57,528 nt of DNA from a virus (Duplodnaviria > Caudoviricetes): the IMG/VR virus record IMGVR_UViG_3300027746_000023, positions 1-57,528 of that record; one strand, written 5' to 3'. The notes beneath the pieces were generated by a model, which saw nothing but the letters and a program-made list of their open reading frames with translations, made no database searches and was not told the DNA's origin. A program made the translations under genes and the position numbers. Positions within the stretch are counted from its first letter, which is position 1. Each line of letters starts with the position of its first letter. Below are positions 45,289-55,294 of the stretch, piece after piece.

Positions 45289-46995
45289 CTATTTCAGAAC
45301 CCACCACGCAACTCCGTGGAGTTTCGAGCAGTCGCCGTAGTGATCTTCGGCGACTTTTTTCCAAAAGAATGGAGCAAGGCGAGAGTTTTTGTTTTGAAGG
45401 AGTTGTTGGCCACTATGGCCGGAGACGAAGTCTTGGCCAATGTCGGCAGGGAGGTGGAGCGGTGGGGGCATCTTTTTATTGATGCGCTCGAGGTAGAGCT
45501 CGAGCTTCGCGGTGTGGTCGATGTAGGTGACGAGGCGAAGGCCGGGGTAGCCGTTGATGGCGCTTTGGTTCCAAGTGCCGAAGGCGGCGGTGGAGCCTTT
45601 AGATGGAATGAAGAGGCCGCCGCTGCGGGAGCATATAGAGTAAACGCGCTCGGCACTCCATCCGGAGTCGATGAGGCCGAAGCTGGGGGTGAAGATTTTT
45701 TCGCCGAAGGCATAGCGGCGGGCCTCGAGGAACGCGGGGCTGATGAGATCCTCGATGGCGAGGACGGTGCCGTAGTCGATGACCCACGACTCGCCGCTCT
45801 GGATGCGGGCCTCGACGGTCCAGTGGGTCTGGCGTTCGCCGGGGTCGGCGCAAAGGGTAAGCACGAGTGGCTCGACGGGGAGCTCGCGGAGGCGGTAGTC
45901 GGGCGACCGAAGGGCGAGGATGGCGTCGTCTTTGACTGTTGCCGCGCGGTTTTCCCACGGCAGGCCGAGGAAGTTATTGTGGAAATCGTGTAGCCCTCCC
46001 GGGGTTTCTTTTTTCTGGAGGAAGATGCGGGCGAGATCGCCCCAGGAGATCTGTGGCGAGTAGAGCGCGGAGATGTGGCAGGAGATGTGGTCTGCGTGGG
46101 CGCGGGGATTTGAGGCGACCCACTCGCCACGGCGGATGATGTCGCTCTGCATGGACTGAGGCCAGCGGGCTTCGCATGACTCGCAAGCGTAGGTGGTATC
46201 GCGCTCGACCCCGGCGAGGTCCCACTGGGAGGCGAGATCGCGGTGATGCTCGGGCCACTTGAGTTGCTCAAATCGGAGGTGCTGCATGTGCAGACACTCG
46301 GGACATGGCACATAAAAGCGGTGCTGGCTCCCGGCAAGGAACTGCGTCCAGATCGCGCCGCTCTCGACGGTGGGTGTGGAGGTGAGGCAGGCCTTCGAGA
46401 CGCGACGGTAGAAATTCAAGCGCGCCATGGCGAGCTCGAGGGCCGGGGCCTCAAGGGAGGAGTCGTCTGGCCACTTGTCCACCTCATCGGCAAAGAGGTA
46501 GCGGATTGCGCGACTCGCCAAATTTCCCTCGGAACAGGCACCGACGAGTTTGATCGTGCACGTGGAGAAGTGCATCTCGGTCTTGCGGAAATCGTCATCG
46601 TTTGAAGGGAGCAGATGCTTGATAGCTTGGCAGGAGCGCAGGCGCGGATGGAGCTCGCGCTCAGACCAGGACTTGGCGTTTTCGTTGGTGCTGGTCACAT
46701 ACAAGATCGGGCCGGGGTCTTCGCTGATCGCCCACATGAGGCAGTTCGCCAACCAGGTGGTTCCTCCGACCTGAGCGGACTTCACAAAAGTGAGTTGCCG
46801 GATTTTCGTATCCGAGAACCACAAGTGGAGCTGCCGGAGATAAGGCGTGTAATCGGCATCGTAGCGACCAGGTCGTGGCGAGAAGCGCTTGTCGAGGTGG
46901 ACATTTTCTTGAGCCCACTCCAAAGCGGAGGGACGCCGACCGGGGTCCCAGATGCGGTCGAGCTGTTCTTGGAGCTCTTCAAGCAGAGAGGCCAT
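45289..46995 (-). CDS. Terminase large subunit, GpA family, phage B
   Basis: KSAQVGGT, FADEVDK, STPT, CPEC, DHYGDC. Confidence 0.95.
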   Translation of the reverse strand: MASLLEELQEQLDRIWDPGRRPSALEWAQENVHLDKRFSPRPGRYDADYTPYLRQLHLWFSDTKIRQLTFVKSAQVGGTTWLANCLMWAISEDPGPILYVTSTNENAKSWSERELHPRLRSCQAIKHLLPSNDDDFRKTEMHFSTCTIKLVGACSEGNLASRAIRYLFADEVDKWPDDSSLEAPALELAMARLNFYRRVSKACLTSTPTVESGAIWTQFLAGSQHRFYVPCPECLHMQHLRFEQLKWPEHHRDLASQWDLAGVERDTTYACESCEARWPQSMQSDIIRRGEWVASNPRAHADHISCHISALYSPQISWGDLARIFLQKKETPGGLHDFHNNFLGLPWENRAATVKDDAILALRSPDYRLRELPVEPLVLTLCADPGERQTHWTVEARIQSGESWVIDYGTVLAIEDLISPAFLEARRYAFGEKIFTPSFGLIDSGWSAERVYSICSRSGGLFIPSKGSTAAFGTWNQSAINGYPGLRLVTYIDHTAKLELYLERINKKMPPPLHLPADIGQDFVSGHSGQQLLQNKNSRLAPFFWKKVAEDHYGDCSKLHGVAWWVLK

Positions 46996-47578
46996 CCAGT
47001 CTTATGTCTTTCGCCGCGCGCATGATCTCATCGGTCTCGGCGCGGACCTTGGATGCAATGTCATCGCCCACTTGCGGCAGCAGGGAGAGCAGCCGGTCAG
47101 GTAAATTTGTGACGGCAGCCGCGATGGCCGCCGAGTATTGGATAACGAGCTGGATGGCAACCTTGCGAGGCACCATGTCTCCTGACTCCCGTTGGATCGA
47201 GGGCGCGTCCTTTTCCAACCGGCGCAACGCCTCGGCATGCTGGAGCCACATGCGCCTGAGCGCCATCTCCGCATCCAAGTCGCCGGTGAGCTTGGCAAGT
47301 TCGGCCCGCTCGCGCAGGTCGGCCGTGGCCTCCTTCATCTTCCGCACCTGGTTGTCGAGGGCCAATTCCTCATCCGTCCACTCTCGTGCCGGTGCCGAGG
47401 TAGCCTGGGCCGGTGCAGCCGCCCCCATTGGCACCATCCCGGCGACCGCTCTGGCAGCCAGAAATCCATTCCAGCGCGGATCCGCCGAGTCGCGCCACTT
47501 GCGCACGGCACGAGTTGTCACGCCGTGCTTCGCAGCACATGCCTTGATGAGGTCCGCTTGTTCCCTTCCGTGACGCAT
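46979..47578 (-). CDS. Terminase small subunit (putative), phage B
   Basis: N-terminal HTH (CAAKHGVTTRAVRKW), helical C-terminus, upstream of terL. Confidence 0.7.
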   Translation of the reverse strand: MRHGREQADLIKACAAKHGVTTRAVRKWRDSADPRWNGFLAARAVAGMVPMGAAAPAQATSAPAREWTDEELALDNQVRKMKEATADLRERAELAKLTGDLDAEMALRRMWLQHAEALRRLEKDAPSIQRESGDMVPRKVAIQLVIQYSAAIAAAVTNLPDRLLSLLPQVGDDIASKVRAETDEIMRAAKDIRLDGLSA

Positions 47579-47676
47579 AGGTGTTTACGGAACGGCAAAT
47601 TGTCAAACGGAACGGAAGCGGAACGGGTTCCGGTGTTCCGGTTCCGTATAGTTTCAAGAGCGTTCTCTCAAAAATT

Positions 47677-47723
47677 ACGAGCGACCGATAAACTGCAGAG
47701 TCGAACCCCGCAAAAAGATTCCT
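47677..47723 (-). other. Candidate cos site, phage B
   Basis: ACGAGCGACCGATAAACTGC-N20-GATTCCT upstream of terS. Confidence 0.5.
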
Positions 47724-47748
47724 TGCTTGCGGAACTTGGAGAACTCGA

Positions 47749-48001
47749 AGCGCAGGTGCGCAGGTAGAAAACTTTTCTTTCTGACGATACCCACACCCAT
47801 AAATAAAAAACTCAAAAGACCTATGCTACCTATGCCACCTTGCAGAACAGAAACGCACAAAACTCTTGGCAAACAACTTGTGAGCCAGCGAAAGAGACAA
47901 GGTCCTGCGTAGGTGCATAGGTCGCGTGCAATCTCTATCAAAAAGGGTGTGGGATGGGTGATGAAGAAGTGGAAGCGCGATGACCTGCGCATGACCTGTG
48001 C
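47749..48001. repeat. ACCTRYGC repeats in both orientations, candidate origin
   Basis: Paired copies near 47750, 47819, 47907 and 47983. Confidence 0.5.
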
Positions 48002-48003
48002 GG

Positions 48004-48035
48004 AAACAAAAAGGCCCGCCGAGCTGGCGGGCCTT
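48004..48035 (-). terminator. Rho-independent terminator
   Basis: AAGGCCCGCC-AGCTC-GGCGGGCCTT then T-run on minus. Confidence 0.8.
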
Positions 48036-48054
48036 GTGAGGTATGGAGTCGGGG

Positions 48055-49677
48055 TTAGTTAAGGACGGTGAGCGTGTAAAGGCGCTGGCGGTTCTTTCCC
48101 TGCTGGCCCCACTTGACCACACGGCCTGTAGGCAAAGTGAATTTCTTGCCGCCATACTGCTCGGCAAGCAGCTTACCAAACTTGCTCTTGGCCTTTGCCG
48201 TGAGCACATAATGGCGAGGCCCATCCTTCCCTTCACGCTCCTCTTTACCCTCGAGCATCCATGTGAATGAGTTGCAATCGAGGGCAGCCTGAACAACATC
48301 TTGGAATGCAAACTCGGCCACATCATCCACTCCTTTAGCCAACTCAGCCACCAGAGCCAGCATATCGGCGAGCTCTGAGTTGCCGGACTCCTCGACCGGA
48401 AGCGGCTCGATCGGATCTCCGAAACCAGCGAACTCCACCATTCCAGCAAATATTGCGCAGAATTGCTCATATCCACGCACCAGGCGATTAGCCTGTGGGC
48501 GGCCGGCCGCATCCCACTCCCTCACGATAGCCCACAAGGCAGCGAGAATTTGTCCTCGAACCTCTGGCTTCTCCAAGTGCTCATCTGAGATGACCTTTTC
48601 GATCTTGCGTGCCTGAGGATCCGATTCATCGGTCATCATCTTGCAATGCAGGAAACGTCGAGCGACGTCAACAGACACCTCGAGGTTGTTACCAGTCAGG
48701 AACACACTGGCGATCTTAGGCACTGCAAACTTCTGCTGGCTGTGCATTCGGCGGCCGCTCCATGTTGGAGCTGTGAGGAATGCGTTTAGAATCTGGCTTT
48801 TGAAAAAACCATTGCAGTCATCGAAGAGAATGTAAGGAGACCCAGCTAAGCTCTCAGTATCAAGAATCTTTCGCCATTCCTCCTCAGCCTGTGGCACCGG
48901 CTGCACATCGCAAGAGCCGATAGTCGTGATGATCGCCATTTGAGCCAGGAGAGTCTTGCCCGACCCCACCGAGTTTGAGCTGAACATAAAATTAAGCCGA
49001 CGCGCCGAAGGCCGCAACAGCGGAGCCGCATACAGCGCCAGCATCGCCGTCATCACGATAGCCTCATTCCTCGACCGGCCATCCGCCTTTCTGTCGCCAA
49101 AAGGGAACTCTTTCGTGAAATTCCGCAGGATCGTCTGCGCCTCATCGAGCGGCATATCCATCGCATACTCGACCCCGCTGTTTTGCGTGAATGTCTGAGC
49201 CTCGTGGTCGTATCCGTAGTCCAGTAACTCGATCCGGCCATCCTTTCTCTTCACCGGCTGCCGCACCGTGGCCACCCGCATCAGCTCCCGTTGTCTCGCC
49301 AAAAACTGGTCGCTCTCCAGAATCGTCGCGGCCGCCTCGACCGTCATAGTCTGTGGCTTCTTTTCAAAAACGTTCGGCTTCGGCATATCCCACTTGAAAG
49401 TCACCAGGTGATCCTCGCAGTATGTGCGGAATCGCCGTGCCGACATCTCTACCAATCGGCCATCCTGCGAGATAGTCATCGCCGAGCGCTGCCGAACGAA
49501 AACGCCATTGTTGCACAGCACCCCGCCGATCTCCCTCGCCATGTTCGAGATCACCGGCACGAGTTCAATAAAAGGCAACGCAGCCGCCTCAGTCTTTGTT
49601 TCGTTGTTGTCCTCTGGGGAAGGAACAATCCCATACTCAGCCAGTTTGCTGTTAATCGTGTCTGTCAGTTTGCTCAT
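48055..49677 (-). CDS. Primase-associated P-loop helicase
   Basis: SVGSGKTLLA Walker A, ILFDD Walker B, FLTGNN, DVARR. Confidence 0.8.
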   Translation of the reverse strand: MSKLTDTINSKLAEYGIVPSPEDNNETKTEAAALPFIELVPVISNMAREIGGVLCNNGVFVRQRSAMTISQDGRLVEMSARRFRTYCEDHLVTFKWDMPKPNVFEKKPQTMTVEAAATILESDQFLARQRELMRVATVRQPVKRKDGRIELLDYGYDHEAQTFTQNSGVEYAMDMPLDEAQTILRNFTKEFPFGDRKADGRSRNEAIVMTAMLALYAAPLLRPSARRLNFMFSSNSVGSGKTLLAQMAIITTIGSCDVQPVPQAEEEWRKILDTESLAGSPYILFDDCNGFFKSQILNAFLTAPTWSGRRMHSQQKFAVPKIASVFLTGNNLEVSVDVARRFLHCKMMTDESDPQARKIEKVISDEHLEKPEVRGQILAALWAIVREWDAAGRPQANRLVRGYEQFCAIFAGMVEFAGFGDPIEPLPVEESGNSELADMLALVAELAKGVDDVAEFAFQDVVQAALDCNSFTWMLEGKEEREGKDGPRHYVLTAKAKSKFGKLLAEQYGGKKFTLPTGRVVKWGQQGKNRQRLYTLTVLN

Positions 49678-50845
49678 TGCCTTTCAATTGCCTTTCCAGT
49701 TCGCCCGCCGCGTCATGCAGCCAAGCGTCAAATTTGCCGTAAAATCGGCACGCCTGTGCCGTCCTCGCCGTATCCGGTTGCGGATACTTCCCATCCCTGT
49801 CTGCGGAGGCTGAGACCCGCACGGCCTGCGCCCGCCAATTCCTCAACACATCCCGCCGAGGCATGATGTCCTCGAGCGTCAAATCCGGTGCCGATGGGGC
49901 AAAATACAGGAGCTTCTGCTCCTTCTCCCCTCGCCAGCACGCAGGCAGGCGAGTCAACCGCACCGCCGAGAGCGCGCCCGGATCCGCCCCAGTCACCACC
50001 AAATTCATGATCGAGCGCTTGGCCTCATCCCACTCCCGCTTCGTCGAGGCATTGACTCGCACCAGAGCATGCACCGAGCGACCCCCAGAAGTCGTAACTG
50101 CCGCGATGTTAGGCACGAGCCGAGCCAAAGCGCCCAGCCACAACCGCACCGGAGCCTCATCGCTCTCGAGCACCATCCATCGCCAGGACAACACCGACTC
50201 CGCCGACCGGCGCGACATCTTCCCCAGGCGAGGATTTGGGCGCAACTTCCCATCCACCGGTTGGGCAAGAAACCAAATCCCTTCCGACCCCCGAGTTGGA
50301 ATCTTCTCCACAGGCCAGACCGCTTGCCCCTGCGATTTATACTCTGAAAAAACTACCACACGCTCCCCAGCCGCCGAATTATAGAGACGAGCGAGAAAAT
50401 CCTCAGCCGACACCGTCGCCGGATCCACCTCAGAGCGATTGGCGAGCCAAGGAAGATCAACCGACTCAGCGAGAACTCCAGCCACTCGCCGCAGCGCCTC
50501 CACATCGAACTGGGGCTTCGGCCGTGGTTTACTTACCGGCCGCTGCTCCAAGCGCTGCCCATGCGGAGCCTCCGCCCCTTGAAGCAAATACCCATCCGCC
50601 CCTGGTCCATTAACAGCCGAGCGCAACTTGTGCTCCAATTCACCCGTAGTCCACTTGTTAGCATTCCCCTGGTTCCAATCCTCGAGGAGAGCCAGCGCAT
50701 CCGAATGGGGAAGCAGAAAGCCCTTCACAAGAGCCTTTGCGACCAGCAAAGTATGGGTGTGCCCACCAGATCCAGAAATCGCCGGACCAATCTTCGAGAC
50801 ATACCGGCGCGCCCGCTCCACAACCGGAATTTTTTCCTTGCTCAC
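49652..50845 (-). CDS. AEP/RepB-like primase
   Basis: AISGSGGH, VLESD, TSGGRSVHALVR, RLTRLP. Confidence 0.75.
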   Translation of the reverse strand: MSKEKIPVVERARRYVSKIGPAISGSGGHTHTLLVAKALVKGFLLPHSDALALLEDWNQGNANKWTTGELEHKLRSAVNGPGADGYLLQGAEAPHGQRLEQRPVSKPRPKPQFDVEALRRVAGVLAESVDLPWLANRSEVDPATVSAEDFLARLYNSAAGERVVVFSEYKSQGQAVWPVEKIPTRGSEGIWFLAQPVDGKLRPNPRLGKMSRRSAESVLSWRWMVLESDEAPVRLWLGALARLVPNIAAVTTSGGRSVHALVRVNASTKREWDEAKRSIMNLVVTGADPGALSAVRLTRLPACWRGEKEQKLLYFAPSAPDLTLEDIMPRRDVLRNWRAQAVRVSASADRDGKYPQPDTARTAQACRFYGKFDAWLHDAAGELERQLKGNEQTDRHD

Positions 50846-50901
50846 AGACTCCTCCCCGTGCAGGGTGACATCCGTTGCACACCGGCAACCTCAAAGAAAT
50901 T

Positions 50902-51067
50902 TGTGGGAGTCGTGTGGGAGTCTCCCGCAAGTGCTTCAAAATTAAGACATAAACTTGCCCTGTGGTGTAATGGTAAGAATCTCCAACCCGCGTAAATTGT
51001 TGATTTGCAGCAATAGACTGCATCATTTTGCAACATTTTTATAGACGCATGTGGGAGCATGTGGGAG
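50902..51067. other. attP of phage B with tRNA-Gln-like 5'-end core
   Basis: TGTGGGAG arms at 50902, 50913, 51050, 51060; TGCCCTGTGGTGTAATGGTAA at 50956-50976; IHF consensus at 50993-51005 on minus. Confidence 0.65.
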
Positions 51068-51076
51068 TTTGCCGAT

Positions 51077-52111
51077 ATGGCACACTTGGTTCGCAGCGAG
51101 AAAACGCGCTTTTGGGTTTTGAGGTATCGAGACCTTGATTCTGGGCAGTGGAAGGAGAGGTCGACGAAGTGCGATGCCGACGATGCGAAGGCGACCCGCA
51201 GAGCGCAGCGCATGGCTGAGGAGGAGTCGCGCCGAGAGGCGCAGGTCGCGCCGACGGAGAAGGGGGATTTTGTGGCTTGGGTTCCTGAGTTCATAGAGAG
51301 GCACTACACGAATAAGAGGTCAGTGAAGCGGTATCGGCTCGCCTGGGCGCGGATCGTTGAGTGGCAGAGATTGCGGCGGGTCAGGCATCCGGCCTCCGTC
51401 CGCTTTGAGCATGTGCAGGATTTTTTGGACTGGCGCACGGCACAGGGCGCTTCAAAGAATACCGCCAGACTCGAGATCAAGTTTTTCTCCAGCATCATGC
51501 AGGAGGCCATGCGCCGTGAGTTGACTGAGAAAAATCCCCTCGCCCTGGCGAAGGTTCCCCGCAAGGCGGCGAAGGTAAAAAAGGAGCTCACTTCCGAGGA
51601 TTTCATTGCCGCGCGCGCCGCATTCACCGAGCGCAGCGGCGCACCGTGGATGCTCACGGCCTTCGAGATCTGCTCGCATCTCGGCTGCCGATTCTCCGAG
51701 GCCGAGCTTGGCCGCGATGCCGTGGATTTTGAGAAAAAGATGGTCACTCTCGTGGACTCCAAACGAGACGATACCGACCCACGCAAACGCTTTTGCGTCC
51801 CATTGCCCGACACCCTCGCCACGCATCTCAAGGGCGTCTTCGACAAGCGCGACCGCACCACCCCTCCACTCGACAAAAGCGGAGAGCACAACCGCCAGTT
51901 TAATAAAACTCTCAAGGCAGCCACCGGAGCCACCTCCCATTCATTACGCGTCTCATTCATTACTCGATGTCACAGAGCTGGGCTCAGCGAGTCGCAAGCG
52001 ATGCGGTTGACAAACCACTCCACTCGCCTCGTCCACCTGATTTATTCGCGTCTGAATTTTGCGGATGCTCAGGCGGCTGCGGCATTGGTGCCCCCGCCTG
52101 GCGGGCTATAA
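51077..52111 (+). CDS. int: Tyrosine integrase, phage B
   Basis: LGCRFSEA, HSLRVSF, TNHS, IY. Confidence 0.9.
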   Translation: MAHLVRSEKTRFWVLRYRDLDSGQWKERSTKCDADDAKATRRAQRMAEEESRREAQVAPTEKGDFVAWVPEFIERHYTNKRSVKRYRLAWARIVEWQRLRRVRHPASVRFEHVQDFLDWRTAQGASKNTARLEIKFFSSIMQEAMRRELTEKNPLALAKVPRKAAKVKKELTSEDFIAARAAFTERSGAPWMLTAFEICSHLGCRFSEAELGRDAVDFEKKMVTLVDSKRDDTDPRKRFCVPLPDTLATHLKGVFDKRDRTTPPLDKSGEHNRQFNKTLKAATGATSHSLRVSFITRCHRAGLSESQAMRLTNHSTRLVHLIYSRLNFADAQAAAALVPPPGGL

Positions 52112-52250
52112 AATCCCGCACCCACCGCACCGTTGTCTTCCGACCGTAGAAGGGGCAACCTTTCGCCTTCATGTAGGCTATCTCCCGCAGAGAGAGCCCG
52201 ATCACCTCGGCGATCTCGCATGGAAAATAAAGTCGGTCTTGGTCCATCAT
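51984..52250 (-). CDS. Excisionase-like small DNA-binding protein
   Basis: EIAEVIGLS..KAKGCPF; convergent overlap with integrase. Confidence 0.55.
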   Translation of the reverse strand: MMDQDRLYFPCEIAEVIGLSLREIAYMKAKGCPFYGRKTTVRWVRDFIARQAGAPMPQPPEHPQNSDANKSGGRGEWSGLSTASLATR

Positions 52251-52444
52251 ACTTCCGGCGCCTCTGGGAATGGCATCCAATGCAGCACCGGCTCGGAGAT
52301 CGGATCGGCGGAAACGAAGCGCCACTGGCCCGCGTCGTGGAAGCCGGTCCAGACTTCCCCGCATTGCAGGTGAATGAGAACCGTCTGGTCATCATCCGGC
52401 AGGTCTTCATCGACACACCGCCATTGCATTTTGAGGAGGTTCAT
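52247..52444 (-). CDS. DUF551-like protein
   Basis: VLHWMPFPEAP. Confidence 0.75.
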   Translation of the reverse strand: MNLLKMQWRCVDEDLPDDDQTVLIHLQCGEVWTGFHDAGQWRFVSADPISEPVLHWMPFPEAPEV

Positions 52445-53133
52445 ACATGTCCCCCCTTCTCTAAAATTAGCACGCCGATGTCGGTGCGGATATTGGCCAT
52501 AGGCTCGAGGAGGTCGCGGACCATGCCGAGGCGGCGGGCGTCCCATTCGCCAGGGAATCCATCGTCCTCGCGCACCTTTTTGAGCCAGAGGTTGAATTGC
52601 ATGTGGACGCCCTCGATGGTCACGAGGCCCACGCTGCGGTCATTAGCGTTGAGGCGGAATTGGTCTTGTTGCAGGGGCTCACGCACCACTTCACCGGCCT
52701 TGATGGACATTTTCAGTTCCTTGGGCGTGAGATTTTCCTCTTCAGCGATCTTCAGCCACCGCTGGGCGGCCTCCTGCCATTCGGTGCGGGCTTTGCTCAG
52801 GCCGTCATCGGGCAGGGTCTTTGAGAGGGCGATGTGGTGCTCATCACTCAGAGTCTCACTGCGCATTTCCAGCGCCTCGAGGGCTTCTGAGGCCGCCAGG
52901 TCTTTGAACTCCAGTTGCAGGTGCCTGGAGAATTGATCCACCACGAGGTCGCCGAATTGCCGCCTGCCCTCCATGCGCCAGTCAGCCATCCACCGGAGCG
53001 AGGAGCCTCGGGCGGCGTGGACATAGCGGCCAATTTGCTCCCACTCGTGTTCGGTGGGAGTGCGGGTAAAGACAAGGGATCCTCTTGCAAATGTGCAAAG
53101 GCCGTCGGGTAGTGTGAGTTCGTTGTTGGTCAT
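52441..53133 (-). CDS. Conserved hypothetical protein
   Basis: Homolog of 13119-13550 with an internal insertion. Confidence 0.7.
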   Translation of the reverse strand: MTNNELTLPDGLCTFARGSLVFTRTPTEHEWEQIGRYVHAARGSSLRWMADWRMEGRRQFGDLVVDQFSRHLQLEFKDLAASEALEALEMRSETLSDEHHIALSKTLPDDGLSKARTEWQEAAQRWLKIAEEENLTPKELKMSIKAGEVVREPLQQDQFRLNANDRSVGLVTIEGVHMQFNLWLKKVREDDGFPGEWDARRLGMVRDLLEPMANIRTDIGVLILEKGGHV

Positions 53134-53978
53134 TTGATAAAAGCAATTTTTTCGCGGAAACCTTTGTTAATTTCTTCCAACATTCCTGTGCCCCACACGG
53201 TAGAGCCTCCAGATACAAAAAATGCCGAGGCTCGCTTTGCCGCATCAACAAGCCCTTTTGCCCCTATTTTCTTTATTTTTTGATAAATTCGTTTATCGTA
53301 AATCGTTTCAGAGGTATGGGTATGAATGTAATAAAGCCCGTCCAGAAGGATGTTTTGTATCGGCATGCTTTCACAGAGTTCAGCGGCCATGGATAAGACC
53401 TGTGAAAAAGCAACCCTATTCTCTGTGGCGCGTTTTATTGCCCAATCTAAGGCCTTTATCTCCTTAGGATTATTTGCAGTCGCTTTAGCTACTACGCCCA
53501 ATTCGTTAAATGTTTCTTGCACGAATCTTGCAATTTCATCGTCGGCAGCAAGAGCAGCGCGAAATTTATCGATGCTGGTGATCGGTTTGCGGCCGGTGTT
53601 TACATTTAAAAACCCCTTAGCTTCCTCTTGAACCGTGTAGGTATCAAAAACAAGACATGGGAGGCATTCTATGTCAGCTCTGCGCTTTGCCCCAAGCACC
53701 CGGTGCTGGCCATCGATGACCCAATATTGCCCTGCCCGGAGGCCAACAGTTATTGTTCCACAGGCAACCCATGACCAGTCTTGGGCTACCATTCTTACCT
53801 TATCCAAACTTACCTTTTCCCTCTGATATTCAGGAGAAATCAGTAACACGTTTTTATCGATAAGTAGATATTCCCCAGGCGAATCTTTGGTTGTCCACTT
53901 ATACCGCTCTACTTTTGATTGTTTTGATTGCCTTCCAAAGGAAAGCGCCATTTCTTCCGATTCATTTTTCGTTTTCAT
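53130..53978 (-). CDS. ParB/Srx-like domain protein
   Basis: EYQR, YWVIDGQHRV, EEAKGFLNVN; low GC. Confidence 0.75.
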   Translation of the reverse strand: MKTKNESEEMALSFGRQSKQSKVERYKWTTKDSPGEYLLIDKNVLLISPEYQREKVSLDKVRMVAQDWSWVACGTITVGLRAGQYWVIDGQHRVLGAKRRADIECLPCLVFDTYTVQEEAKGFLNVNTGRKPITSIDKFRAALAADDEIARFVQETFNELGVVAKATANNPKEIKALDWAIKRATENRVAFSQVLSMAAELCESMPIQNILLDGLYYIHTHTSETIYDKRIYQKIKKIGAKGLVDAAKRASAFFVSGGSTVWGTGMLEEINKGFREKIAFIK

Positions 53979-54551
53979 TTAAGCCTTTCGTTTTGCCCAC
54001 GAGGTTTTTGCTGCTTCGCGGTAGATCTCCCGTGAGCTGGAGGCCTTGCGAAATTTGAAGACATTGATTTTAAGGAGGTCAGCCCAAGTCGTGACGTAGT
54101 ATGAGATGAGCGCACGGGTTACGCCGAGTTCACGGGCGACTTCGGCTTGGGAGTGGGTGCCGTTGAGTTCGGCGAGCCCGGTCGCCAGGGCGAGGGCGCG
54201 CACCAGGGCGCGGAGGTTTTTGGTGGGTTTTATGAGAAAAGAGACAATGAGGTTGAGCTGCTCGGCTTTCGCCCAATCCACTTCGCGGGCCACGGCGAGT
54301 TGGTGCCATTCCAGCACGCGGGTCGCTTCCTCGAGGCCGAGGTTCAGATTTTCGGCCAGGATCCACTCGGGCTTGTCCACATCGAAGGCATCCGGGTCAG
54401 GGAAGCTTTCCAGATACTCATCCTCAACCGTGGGCAGCGCGGCGACCGGCGCGAGGGCGGCAGATACCTCCTCGCGCTTGAGCGGCTTGAGGCCGTCGAG
54501 CCAGTTTTTGAGAAGGGCTTCCTGCTCGAGTTCTTGTGCAGTGGGTTTCAT
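53979..54551 (-). CDS. HTH protein, candidate late regulator
   Basis: SQAEVARELGVTRALISYY; homolog 13541-14071. Confidence 0.7.
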   Translation of the reverse strand: MKPTAQELEQEALLKNWLDGLKPLKREEVSAALAPVAALPTVEDEYLESFPDPDAFDVDKPEWILAENLNLGLEEATRVLEWHQLAVAREVDWAKAEQLNLIVSFLIKPTKNLRALVRALALATGLAELNGTHSQAEVARELGVTRALISYYVTTWADLLKINVFKFRKASSSREIYREAAKTSWAKRKA

Positions 54552-55144
54552 TCTTTTTCTGTCGTGAGATGCCAATTCCGGCAGTGCGGGCACTTGTAGG
54601 GTTTTTGTTTCTTGTTCAGATTCTTTGCGATGTTTTGGGACTTTGCGACGGCGTCCGCGCGCAGCAGGAAGCGCAGCTTTCGAGACGGGCATCGTGGCAC
54701 CACTGGCAATCCCATATCCTCCGTGCTCTCTGTGTCCTCTGTGGTTAATCCCTGAGCTGCTTGCGCAACTCGGCACATGCCTGAGCAACTTCCTCCGGTG
54801 TGCACCACCTGTCTCCGGCGGGCGGCTGCGGGGGCCATGTTTCGCGTTTTGGCGGGGTGGATGGCCTGCGAGCGAGGCGGTCCACGGCGGCGAGGTGTCG
54901 GCGGGCGGCGGCGAGGTGGGCGGAGAGAGTCATAAAGTTTTCAGAGTTCAGTTTTCAGTGGGTGGCTGTGAGGTGGCGGCGGCCCAGCGGAGGGCCACGG
55001 TGGCTCTGAGGGCGTGGGCGAAGCACTCGTGGCAGAGGGGCCCGAGGTCGCGGTCTTGCAGATCGGCGAGGGCATGGCCGTCGCCATCTCCGCAGATCTT
55101 GCAGAGGGTGCCTTGCTGGCACTCGGGCAGGTCGATGAGGTGCA

Positions 55145-55294
55145 TTAGTCCTGGTCCTCCCATTCCTGCCAGCGGCGGCGGCGTTCTTGGTTGTCGCGTA
55201 TGTCGGAGCGCAGGCTCTCCCGCCCGAGATGGTAGCAGGCGATGCAGGAGCCCAGCGTGAGCGCGGCGATGCAGAGGGCGAGAGCGACGCTCAT
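55145..55294 (-). CDS. Small membrane protein
   Basis: Homolog of 21087-21236. Confidence 0.6.
   Translation of the reverse strand: MSVALALCIAALTLGSCIACYHLGRESLRSDIRDNQERRRRWQEWEDQD

Noticed and set aside
47675-47992. 105-aa ORF
   Set aside because: Overlaps the cos-like site and repeats, lies just downstream of a terminator, and has no recognisable motif.
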